From assembly GCA_945787555.1 (NCBI GenBank), contig CALZJG010000005.1:8771-72770 (forward strand): a stretch of 64,000 nucleotides of DNA, written 5' to 3'. Below, piece by piece: positions 29,534 to 38,494 of this stretch; position 1 is the stretch's first letter; every line of letters starts with the position of its first letter. This stretch comes from an uncultured Chromatiaceae bacterium (lineage in GTDB: Bacteria > Pseudomonadota > Gammaproteobacteria > DRLM01). The position numbers were made by a program, and so were the translations under genes. The notes under the pieces were generated by a model. That model saw only the letters and a program-made list of their open reading frames with translations. It did not search any database and was not told the origin of the DNA.

Positions 29534-30556
29534 TCAACCCACGTCGTGCAATGCCGCGACCGCCTCTGCCACCAGGCGCGGGCCGCGATAAATCAGGCCG
29601 CTATAAATCTGCACGAGACTGGCCCCGGCGCGCACTTTCTCCACTGCATCCGCCCCGGAAAGGATACCGCCCACAGCGATGACGGGCACCTCGCCCGCCA
29701 GTGCCGCGCACAGTTGCCGCACCACCTCGGTGGCGCGCGCCGTGAGTGGCGCGCCGCTCAATCCGCCGCTTTCTTGCGCATGCGGCAGGTTTTCGACCCC
29801 GGCGCGGCTAACGGTGGTGTTGGTGGCGATCACGCCGTCGACGCGCAACTCGCGCACGATGGCAGCGACATCATGGATCGCCTCGACAGTGAGGTCGGGG
29901 GCGATCTTGACCGTCAAGGGCACGTATTTGCCGTGTCGCTCCGCCAGCGCCGCCTGCTCGCGCTTCAAGGCCCCCAGCAAGGCCAAGAGCGCCTCGCGCT
30001 CCTGCAATTGGCGTAGATCGGCGGTGTTGGGCGAGGAAATATTCACTGTGACATAACTGGCATGGGCATACACCTTGCGCAAGCCGATCAGGTAATCATC
30101 CACCGCGCGCTCCACCGGGGTATCGAAATTCTTGCCAATATTAATGCCCAGGATGCCGCGATAACGCGCCCGCGCCACATTGGCCAGCAACGCCTCGATG
30201 CCGTCATTGTTGAAGCCCATGCGGTTGATGATGGCCTCGGCCTGCGGGAGGCGAAACATCCGCGGGCGCGGATTGCCCGGTTGGGGACGCGGCGTGACCG
30301 TGCCGACCTCGATGAAGCCGAAACCCAAGTCCGCCAAGGCATCAATATATTCGCCGTTCTTGTCCAAGCCGGCGGCCAACCCCACCGGATTAGGAAAACG
30401 CAGGCCCATCACCTCGCGCGGCGCGTCCAGCGCCGGCCCTGTACTCAGCGACGCTACGCCGAAACCGTGCGCGACGCGCAAGGCCTTGAGCGTCACATGA
30501 TGGGCGGTTTCCGCCTCAAGGCGAAACAACAGCGGACGTAACAAGGAATAGCTAAT
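29534..30556 (-). CDS. pyrD: quinone-dependent dihydroorotate dehydrogenase
   Basis: [39 protein letters not shown] and GGLSG motifs. Start uncertain (ATT 30556 versus ATG 30613). Confidence 0.95.
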   Translation of the reverse strand: MSYSLLRPLLFRLEAETAHHVTLKALRVAHGFGVASLSTGPALDAPREVMGLRFPNPVGLAAGLDKNGEYIDALADLGFGFIEVGTVTPRPQPGNPRPRMFRLPQAEAIINRMGFNNDGIEALLANVARARYRGILGINIGKNFDTPVERAVDDYLIGLRKVYAHASYVTVNISSPNTADLRQLQEREALLALLGALKREQAALAERHGKYVPLTVKIAPDLTVEAIHDVAAIVRELRVDGVIATNTTVSRAGVENLPHAQESGGLSGAPLTARATEVVRQLCAALAGEVPVIAVGGILSGADAVEKVRAGASLVQIYSGLIYRGPRLVAEAVAALHDVG

Positions 30557-30671
30557 GACACGCTCCTGACATGAGCTCCTGCACAAGGACACTATCTTAC
30601 CAGGCTGCGCCATCGCCGCGGCACGGCGGCTATGCTAGGCTAGCTGACATTCGATTATCGGGAGACACATC

Positions 30672-31190
30672 ATGGGTTTGCGCAGCGGCGCCGCTTTGAT
30701 ACTCACCTGTCTGCTCATCACGAGTTGCAGCGTGCCCTTCTTCGGTAAGAAGGACGTGGAAGAGCCCGCCCCTCAGAACCGGGCGGTTCCCACCATGAAC
30801 ATGGACAAGCAACAACGCGAGGCGCTGCGCCAGCGCGCCGAACAAGGCGACGCCGATGCGCAGTACCAACTGGGCATGAGCTATTGCTGCGGCTACGGGC
30901 CCGGGCGCACCGAGACCCAAGCTCGCGCCTGGCTGTGCCGCGCCGCCGCGCAAGGTCATGTGGAGGCACAATTTCAATTGGGGCAGGTCTATGGCCTGCG
31001 CACCACGACACTGCTGATGCGGACCACCCAATACCCCGTTTACGCCCATTATTGGTACAGCCGCGCCGCCGCGCAGGGTCACGGACTGGCCAGCGGCTAT
31101 CGCGACGCCCTGGCGCAGGATCTCAGCCCGCGACAACTGGAGCGCTCGGACGCTTGGCTAAATAATCTCGGCAGTGTGGCTTGCGGCTGA
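30672..31190 (+). CDS. Sel1-repeat lipoprotein
   Basis: Lipobox LITSC; AEQGDADAQYQLG, AAQGHVEAQFQLG and AAAQGH repeats. Confidence 0.85.
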   Translation: MGLRSGAALILTCLLITSCSVPFFGKKDVEEPAPQNRAVPTMNMDKQQREALRQRAEQGDADAQYQLGMSYCCGYGPGRTETQARAWLCRAAAQGHVEAQFQLGQVYGLRTTTLLMRTTQYPVYAHYWYSRAAAQGHGLASGYRDALAQDLSPRQLERSDAWLNNLGSVACG

Positions 31191-31481
31191 CCTTACCGCT
31201 CAACCACCGCCATTGAAGTGCGAACTCGCCGCTACACTTTGTGGTAACAGTGTAGCGGGCGAAGATTCCTCAGCAGCGCCTCACGCGCAGACAAGCGGGG
31301 CGCATAGCCACGGCCCCTCGTCCCGTTGAGGGAGCCTGGAGCGCAAGCCTAGCTAAGGGACCGACCCGCCCTCACTCCAACCGCTGCGCCCCCTTGCCAG
31401 GCCCTCCCCACCTCCGGGAGAGGGGGGTTAAGAAGTGCGCGTGCAGGTGCGGCTTTTATGCGGTTTCTATAAACGCCTTTC

Positions 31482-32240
31482 TCAGTCATCCCCCACCCCG
31501 TAGCCATAGCGGCTGATCAACGCCCGTGCCGCGTCACCGCGTAAGAACGTCATGAACGCCCGCGCCGTGGCATTGTCGCTGGCGCGGCGTAACAACACGG
31601 CTTGCTGGCGGATGGGCGGGTAGTATGCCGGATCCACCACACAGGCGCTGCCGGCCCGCTTGCGCGGCAAGCGCGCCACTTGCGCCTGGGCCACCACGCC
31701 CAACTCGGCATTGCGCGTGGCCACGAATTGAAACGCCTGCACCACATTCTCGCCGCGCAACAAGCGCGGCCTCACCTGGTCTCTGATGCCCAATGACTCG
31801 AACACCGCCAACGCCGCCGCGCCGTAAGGCGCCAACTCCGGATTGGCGATAGCCAGGCGGCGGTAATCCAAGGCGCGCAGCACCGCCGCGCAGTCGGCGC
31901 GCACGCGCTGCGGATCGGCACTCCACACCACCAGGCGGCCCAGCGCATAGATGTAACGACTCTCCGATACCGCCTCGCCCTCCGCTACCAGTTGCGCAGG
32001 CTCGCGCTCACTGGCGGCCAAGAAGACATCGTAGGGCGCGCCGTGGAGAATCTGCGCGTAAAGACTCCCGGTCGAACCGCTGCTCAGTTTCACTGACTCA
32101 CCGCTGCTGCGTTCGAAGAGCGCCACCAACTCGCGCGCCGGCGCCATGAAATTGCCCGCCACCGCCACCAAAGCCTCGGCCTGGGTGGTGCCTATCAAGC
32201 ACCATAACAGCCCAAACCATCCCCAGCGTCCGCGCATCAC
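31482..32240 (-). CDS. modA: molybdate ABC transporter periplasmic binding protein
   Basis: VAVAGNF, GSTGSLYAQI.HGAPYDVFLAA, AIANPELAPYG and PIRQ motifs. Confidence 0.92.
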   Translation of the reverse strand: MMRGRWGWFGLLWCLIGTTQAEALVAVAGNFMAPARELVALFERSSGESVKLSSGSTGSLYAQILHGAPYDVFLAASEREPAQLVAEGEAVSESRYIYALGRLVVWSADPQRVRADCAAVLRALDYRRLAIANPELAPYGAAALAVFESLGIRDQVRPRLLRGENVVQAFQFVATRNAELGVVAQAQVARLPRKRAGSACVVDPAYYPPIRQQAVLLRRASDNATARAFMTFLRGDAARALISRYGYGVGDD

Positions 32241-32327
32241 ACTTACCCCTATTCCCCGTGTCTTTACCCACCCTGATGGAAATGGTTACATATGAGGTGT
32301 CACTTTCCCATCAGGACATACATCACC

Positions 32328-32909
32328 ATGGCTTTCACCCTGCCCGAATTATCATACGGCCACGACGCCCTGCAGCCTCATATTTCCGCCGAGACCATCG
32401 ACTACCACTACGGCAAGCATCACCGCGCCTATGTGGAAAATCTCAACAAACTGGTGCCCGGCACCGAATACGAAAACATGACGCTGGAAGAGATCATCAA
32501 CAAAGCCGAGGGCCCCATATTCAACAATGCCGCGCAAGTGTGGAACCATAATTTTTACTGGAGCTGCCTCAGTCCGGGCGTTTCATCTACACCCATCGGC
32601 CCCATGGCCCTGGCGATCAAAAAATATTTCGGTGGCATCGACGAATTCAAGCAACAATTCACCCAAGCCGCTTTGAGCAACTTCGGCTCAGGGTGGACCT
32701 GGCTGGTAAAAAAACCCGGCGGCATACTGGCCATCGAAAACACCTCCAATGCCGACACCCCCATCGCACGCGGCGACAAACCGCTGCTCACCTGCGATGT
32801 GTGGGAGCATGCCTATTACATCGACTACCGCAACGCCCGCGCCCAATACGTGGAAAATTTCTGGAAGCTGGTGGATTGGGAGTACATCACCCAACGGCTG
32901 ATGGGATAG
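32328..32909 (+). CDS. sodB: Fe superoxide dismutase
   Basis: HYGKHH, FNNAAQVWNH (AAQ is Fe type), FGSGWTW and DVWEHAYY. Confidence 0.95.
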   Translation: MAFTLPELSYGHDALQPHISAETIDYHYGKHHRAYVENLNKLVPGTEYENMTLEEIINKAEGPIFNNAAQVWNHNFYWSCLSPGVSSTPIGPMALAIKKYFGGIDEFKQQFTQAALSNFGSGWTWLVKKPGGILAIENTSNADTPIARGDKPLLTCDVWEHAYYIDYRNARAQYVENFWKLVDWEYITQRLMG

Positions 32910-33421
32910 CCAGGCAGCATGCGGCGGATTGCGTTACCAACATCCACCTTAACGTATGAATGCGGCAATGAACTACCTAGCACCGAAAGCTCCCCCCTTT
33001 CAGTAGGAAGTCTGGACGGAGGGGTGCAAGGGTTGCAATCAACGCTGTCGACCCAAACCCGCCCCGCCTCCTCGGAAGCGCTGCCGGCCCCCGCTGCTAG
33101 GGGGAGGGCACTTGCTCAAATCTATATTCCTGCAAGGTGAGTCAAAGACCAGTTGTGGCGCGCGACATAACGCATTGACATCAGGGCAGACTGCCGCAAA
33201 GGGGAAACGGCACAGTCTTTATGACGAAGTGAATCATAATCGCGGTATGCGGTATTAGGCGGAGCCAGGATCTCACCGCCAGAAGAAGTCGTGGGGTGGA
33301 GGCCATGAAATCACGCATTGCCGGATTCTTGTGGCCTAGGGGCCTGGATCACGTTACATTCCATCCGCGCGAGCCGCTGACTCCCATCCCTGCCCCGCCA
33401 GCTCAACAACAATGCAAGCGG

Positions 33422-33925
33422 TCATTGCGCGCGGGCGTTGCCCACGCCGAACAACAGATTCAGGATCAGCAAGGCCATGCCCAGCAACAATCCGCCGACG
33501 CCGAGGTACACCGCCGCCTCGGTGGCGAAGGCGTGATGGGCCGCCTCGGTGCCCATACCGGGACTCAAGCGATAGAGATTGAACCAGCCCAGAGCATAGA
33601 CCCCGCCTAAACCGATGGGCAGCGAGGTGAGCATCTTGAGCCACGGCCGCATGCCGGTAAAAGCCAGCAACAGCATCAAGCCTAGGGTGAAGGCGCCGAT
33701 CCCGGTGGCGTGAAAATGGGCGCGCTGTTGATATCGCCAGATTCTATCCGAGCTGCGATTGATGCTCTTGTGCAGCTCCGCATGGGCACGCACCTGGCTC
33801 TTGATCCCGTCTTTAATACTGTCTTCATTGCTTCCAAAGGCGATGCCTAGAAAGATGCCGAACAGCAAAGTCAACAAGGCCAGGGCGAGCCCGGGGCGAA
33901 CGTGCTTGAGGCGGTCGGACAGCAT
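33422..33925 (-). CDS. hypothetical membrane protein (about 4 TM) with RAHFHA motif
   Basis: Four hydrophobic segments with His residues at the start of TM2; no family recognised with certainty. Confidence 0.75.
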   Translation of the reverse strand: MLSDRLKHVRPGLALALLTLLFGIFLGIAFGSNEDSIKDGIKSQVRAHAELHKSINRSSDRIWRYQQRAHFHATGIGAFTLGLMLLLAFTGMRPWLKMLTSLPIGLGGVYALGWFNLYRLSPGMGTEAAHHAFATEAAVYLGVGGLLLGMALLILNLLFGVGNARAQ

Positions 33926-34067
33926 AGAAGAGTTTTTTTGTTTTGTGGCATCAGACAGTGTAAGCCAGATCCGCTCAAGTAGGTTGCTTTCATACGCAGC
34001 GATTAATGACAGAGGCCAATCACCGGGCCGCGTAACAAGTTACCAAGACGTCGAGTTCACTTATCCA

Positions 34068-34643
34068 TCAGCGCCCGATGAGCGCGACACCGATCAGGCT
34101 GGCATGCCACCAAGAAACAAAGGCGGCATAGAGCGCAATCCCACCCACCACAGCGATGATGTCGTTCGCCTTTGCACGCGGCGCACTAGGAATAGGCCGC
34201 TGTGCCCGGTGTTTCATCGAGATGCGATCCAAGCCGGCCCACGCCAGAAATGAGCCGAACAATACAACGTCTGCGAGCATGCCGTTGGCCAGCAGATGGG
34301 CCACGGCCCACAGTTTTGTGGCCACTAGCATGGGATGCTTGGCGGCCGTTTTGATACGTCCAGGCAGGTAAGCGGCCAGCAGCAGCGAAAACACCGGGAC
34401 CAACAGCAACATCGCCACATGGCTCAGCCACGCAGGCGGCGCATAGAGCATCACCGGCTCTGCGCGCGCCAGGCCGTAGCCCCACACGATCAGCGCGAAG
34501 CCCACGATGGACAGCAGCGAAATCCCCCCTTTCCATGACCACTCTCCCAGCTGCGCCACCATGCGGTCGCGCCACGCGACGTTGATGATCGACACCGAGT
34601 GCACGGCGAAGAAGATGACCAATCCGAGTAGCAATGTGACCAT
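34068..34643 (-). CDS. nnrU: NnrU family membrane protein
   Basis: LGLVIFFAVHS, KHPML..KLWAVAHLLANG and LFGSFLAW signatures. Confidence 0.9.
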   Translation of the reverse strand: MVTLLLGLVIFFAVHSVSIINVAWRDRMVAQLGEWSWKGGISLLSIVGFALIVWGYGLARAEPVMLYAPPAWLSHVAMLLLVPVFSLLLAAYLPGRIKTAAKHPMLVATKLWAVAHLLANGMLADVVLFGSFLAWAGLDRISMKHRAQRPIPSAPRAKANDIIAVVGGIALYAAFVSWWHASLIGVALIGR

Positions 34644-35139
34644 TAGATTTGTCCTAAGACCCGTCCTACGATTTTGGAGAACGCGCGTGCAAAGCCTGGC
34701 TGGTGGATCACGCGCAGCGTTACGTACACACCATTACTCTGAGCAAACGCTCCGCCACGCGTGGCGACCGCTTGCTACTTGCCCATGTGCCGCCTTGGCT
34801 GTCAAGAACTAGCCCTGTCCGCGCCAGCCGTTGGCCCATGTCACGATCACCCCCAATCTGAATGCCGTGAACGGCGGTTTGTTTTCGCGGCCACCGCCCC
34901 TTGCACCATCACCACACTCAAACCACTGATAATTCGTTTCTTTACTTACGATTGGAATCCAACTTGGCAGCGGCGGAGACTGTGCTACTATTCGTTTTTT
35001 TTAGTTTTACCATACCGCCTTCTGCGGCGGCCGAGAACATGGTTTGAGGGGTTTGTCGTACTGGATATCAGGAATTAGATCTCGAAAACACCGTGTTCGA
35101 AATTAACCAGGCCTTTAAAGATCATAAAAGGGGGAGTTT

Positions 35140-36429
35140 ATGCATCTTGTTACCCGTCATCTGGTCCACGCCGGCATCGTCACGTCTCTGGCTCTAGGCT
35201 CAACGGCAATCACACAAGCAGCCACCCAGGCAAGTGCGGTGATCGTCAGCGCGGAAACTACCACATCCGCGTCCGCCGAAAGCCTGAATAAGCGCCTACA
35301 TATACTGGGAATCACTCCCGCACCGGGGGCAACCGCGCCGAAGACCACCGCAGCGCCAAGCACCGCCGCGGACAAGCTCGACGGGGCGCCGGAAAAACCC
35401 ACGGCGCAGGCAGCCGAACTTGCCAAAGAAACGCCTCACGGCGGCAAGATGGCCGCACCGTCGCCTGCAACCGCCGCCGCCCAAGCGCCTGAAACACCCG
35501 CTGCCGCCGACACCGCTGCAGCACATCACCGGGTCCCGCCCGCCGCTAGTGCCCCCCCCGTGGTTGCCACACCAACAGATACCGAACATGAAAAGTCGCC
35601 CGCTCCACAGGCAGCAGCCAAGAATAGCGGGCATGCCAGTATGGCATCGAAGGTGGAAGCGGCCGACACCAACACCAATGCCCATAAAGGGGCGCTAATG
35701 CCGGCCAAGGCCACCGCCATGGCGGAAAGTCACGCCGCGGCTGGCCACCACGAAGTCCACTGGTCATATGGTGGGGCAGGCGCACCCTCTCTCTGGGGCG
35801 ACCTAAAGAAGCAGTTTGCCACCTGCAAAGCCGGCAAGAAACAGTCACCCATCGACATTTCTACTGTCACGATCACAGCGCTGCCGAAAATTGCATTTGA
35901 TTACGGCATCTCGCCGCTGAAAATCATCAACAACGGCCATGCCATCCAAGCCAACTACAAGTCTGGCAGCGCCATCCGTGTAGATGGCAAAAAATATGAA
36001 TTGCTTCAGGTCCATTTCCACGCCCCCAGCGAACACACCATCGGCGGCCGGACGCTCGATATGGTGGCCCATCTGGTGCATAAAGCCGCCGACGGTCAAC
36101 TTGCCGTCGTCGGCGTGCTGATGGAAAAAGGCAACAGCAATACCTTCATAGACCAACTGTGGGCGCATATGCCGGCCAAGGCCGGACCGGCCGTTGACGT
36201 CGACCACATCATTGTCGACATCAATAGTCTGTTGCCGGCGAACAAGAGCTACTACACATATACCGGCTCGCTCACCACACCGCCATGCACCGAAGGCGTG
36301 AAGTGGATGGTCTTGACTCACCCCGTCACAGTCTCGGCGGCCCAAATCGCACAATACACCCGCATCTACTCAGGCACTGCGCGACCCGTGCAACCGCTCA
36401 ACGGCCGCGTCGTGTTGATGCAAAACTAA
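35140..36429 (+). CDS. alpha-class carbonic anhydrase with long Ala/Pro/Thr-rich N-terminal extension
   Basis: HWSYGG, QSPIDI, NNGH, QVHFHAPSEH, HLVH, GSLTTPPCTEGV and RPVQPLNGR; signal peptide followed by a low-complexity linker. Confidence 0.93.
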   Translation: MHLVTRHLVHAGIVTSLALGSTAITQAATQASAVIVSAETTTSASAESLNKRLHILGITPAPGATAPKTTAAPSTAADKLDGAPEKPTAQAAELAKETPHGGKMAAPSPATAAAQAPETPAAADTAAAHHRVPPAASAPPVVATPTDTEHEKSPAPQAAAKNSGHASMASKVEAADTNTNAHKGALMPAKATAMAESHAAAGHHEVHWSYGGAGAPSLWGDLKKQFATCKAGKKQSPIDISTVTITALPKIAFDYGISPLKIINNGHAIQANYKSGSAIRVDGKKYELLQVHFHAPSEHTIGGRTLDMVAHLVHKAADGQLAVVGVLMEKGNSNTFIDQLWAHMPAKAGPAVDVDHIIVDINSLLPANKSYYTYTGSLTTPPCTEGVKWMVLTHPVTVSAAQIAQYTRIYSGTARPVQPLNGRVVLMQN

Positions 36430-36436
36430 ACTGCCT

Positions 36437-36471
36437 GCAGGGTGGGTCAGCGCCTGCGGCGCTGACCCACC
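36437..36471 (+). repeat. REP-like perfect hairpin between convergent genes
   Basis: GCAG then GGTGGGTCAGCGCC-tgc-GGCGCTGACCCACC (14-bp stem), resembling GTAG-type REPs; could also act as a terminator. Confidence 0.55.
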
Positions 36472-36726
36472 ATTGCCCCGCCAGACCCTCGCCGGCGCCG
36501 CACGTCGGCTCGCAAGCGCTCTCACCCACCAGCTCGATAACGCAGCGCGTAGACCCACACGACCACCGGGCAAGACGCTAAATGCTCACCCAACCCCTCG
36601 CAATGTGCTCGCTTCCCGTCTATCGCTCCGTTTCCGTATGAGCATTCCGGCTAGCGCCATATGCACACCACCCGCCGAGCTAGTGCCTCCTCGGAGGTCT
36701 CAAGTGTTTCAAGACCGCAGACATAC

Positions 36727-37554
36727 TTACCACCTCAATGAAAAACGCAGCCCCAGATAATCACCGACGTACTCTCCATGGCGAGGCGCCAAATCGATAC
36801 TGATGTTCGTCCGCGCATCGAGGCCCAATCTGCGGTCAACCCACTGGTTGGCGGTACCGAGCGGGTCGGTAAGCACGAGGATTAACTTGTCGGCGAAACT
36901 GCGTGGCCCGGGCTTGCTCTTAGTACGCGCCCGCGGCATCTCAAACACATATCGCCCTACGAGGAAGCCCGCCAACGGCGTCGACAGTAAGTCCTGTATC
37001 GACACGGGTTCGAACAAGGCCTCGGCAGAGTACTCAAAGAGCGTGGAAAGGAGTACGGAATACCCAAAGGCGTTCCAGGCGGGATAACCGCGCTCGCGGG
37101 CGCGAATGTAATACGCCGCCCCCCAGTAGGGATGCAATACGTAGTTGATAAAATGGTTGTCCTGATCTTTGACCGGCTCCTTCACATTGTCCCGCCACCT
37201 TTGAAAGCTATACTCCTCCTTGTCATCTTGAGACCAGGAGGAGATTTGTTCAGGCATGAGGTAGAGCACGCCGATGATCGCGAATTGGAAGCCCAGGAAA
37301 TAACCCGTGTCGCGGGTAAGCCCCCGCCAATCGCGGGTCGTGGGATAAGCGCCTAGACTCACCTCCTCGGCGACCTCGTGTGCAGGCGAGATATCTATCG
37401 CAATATCTTCGCTCACCGGATAGACCGCACGGCGTTCATACTGGACCTTGTGGCCGAGATCCAGATCGGCGGCGGCGCAGACATTGATCAGGCAAGTCAA
37501 CACACCGATGGCCAACAAGACACATGCCGGGGTTAGACTCGAATTTGTTTGCAT
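36727..37554 (-). CDS. DUF3943 domain protein (probably outer membrane or exported)
   Basis: DQDNHFINYVLHPYWGAAYYIRAR, EY..EALFEPVSIQDLLSTPLAG; terminal LRFSLRW. Confidence 0.8.
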   Translation of the reverse strand: MQTNSSLTPACVLLAIGVLTCLINVCAAADLDLGHKVQYERRAVYPVSEDIAIDISPAHEVAEEVSLGAYPTTRDWRGLTRDTGYFLGFQFAIIGVLYLMPEQISSWSQDDKEEYSFQRWRDNVKEPVKDQDNHFINYVLHPYWGAAYYIRARERGYPAWNAFGYSVLLSTLFEYSAEALFEPVSIQDLLSTPLAGFLVGRYVFEMPRARTKSKPGPRSFADKLILVLTDPLGTANQWVDRRLGLDARTNISIDLAPRHGEYVGDYLGLRFSLRW

Positions 37555-37679
37555 CTTTGTGCAGCCTACCTTTCGGTCGAGGTGCTGATCGACGCCTCGT
37601 TAGGACCTCTATCTTCTCTCGAAAGCAGTCATTACCCAATATCCACGCCTAGTTGACCGCCTTAACTATCACGTGCAAA

Positions 37680-38238
37680 TCACTCTGGGCAATCATCGCA
37701 CGAAACCATAGTCGAGAACCTACTGGTCTCGCCACAGCGCGACGACCCTACCACCGATAGATCAGGCATGAGGGGAGCAGTCGTGTCTCTTCTCCCTGCC
37801 GCATTGGCACGATGACTAGACCACGAGTGGTCGTCGGCATGCACCACCTTGCCGACCCGCACCAGATTCAGTTCTATATAGGGCATGCAGCCCAGTAGAT
37901 AACGCTCACCAACTAATACGGTCGCTGAGTAACGCCCTTCCGAAGGCGTATTGATGTGCTGATAGGCAGAACCAAAGTACCGGGCATAACGACTCGCGAC
38001 AGAAAGCGATGGTTTCGCCAGACTCCCTGCCATCTTGGGCATGGCACGTAAGGTGCACGTGATTGATCATCCGCACATCCGCGCGAATCGCGCAATCGCA
38101 CCGATCAATCGCGTCCCTCAGTCACTCTACATAGAATCGACAGTCCTCGTTGCTCGCAAAGACCGGCTCGCGATTATTCTCGCGTTAGATCTCATGCTGG
38201 AGTTGCGCTTGGAAGAAATACCGTCTCAGGAGTGCCAC
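37680..38238 (-). pseudogene. degenerate REP-associated tyrosine transposase (RAYT/IS200-like Y1 HUH)
   Basis: From GTG 38238: VALLRRYFF..QHEI*RENNREPVF..FYVE*LRDA..MINHVHL, then a frameshift into ..EGRYSAT..YLL.C..YIELN.VR....WSS. HUH motif and catalytic Tyr recognisable; two stops and a frameshift. Confidence 0.8.
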
Positions 38239-38494
38239 TGAGGCTTCCTCCCTTCCGTCGTCGACCGAAGCGTATCACGGGGAGGAAGCTAACTTGAGCC
38301 TGACTCCACTGCAATCCAACCGCCTGCCTACCCAAGCCATCCGTATACCTACTAATATAATTCCGAACAAAATCCCACCATATCAGTCGAATAAGTCACG
38401 ACGGTAGACCGAATTGCGCAATCTCTACCTCCCTGCAAGCCGCTGCAAGTTCGTAGGCACACACGCCTGTCTATCGCTAGGAGCGAAAGCGACC

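Noticed and set aside
31320-31370. Moco riboswitch near modA
   Set aside because: Lies downstream of modA, not in its leader, and the consensus is not matched.
33180-33220. c-di-GMP-I riboswitch (GCAAA/GAAA words)
   Set aside because: Element order and the second stem do not fit, and there is no downstream gene on that strand.
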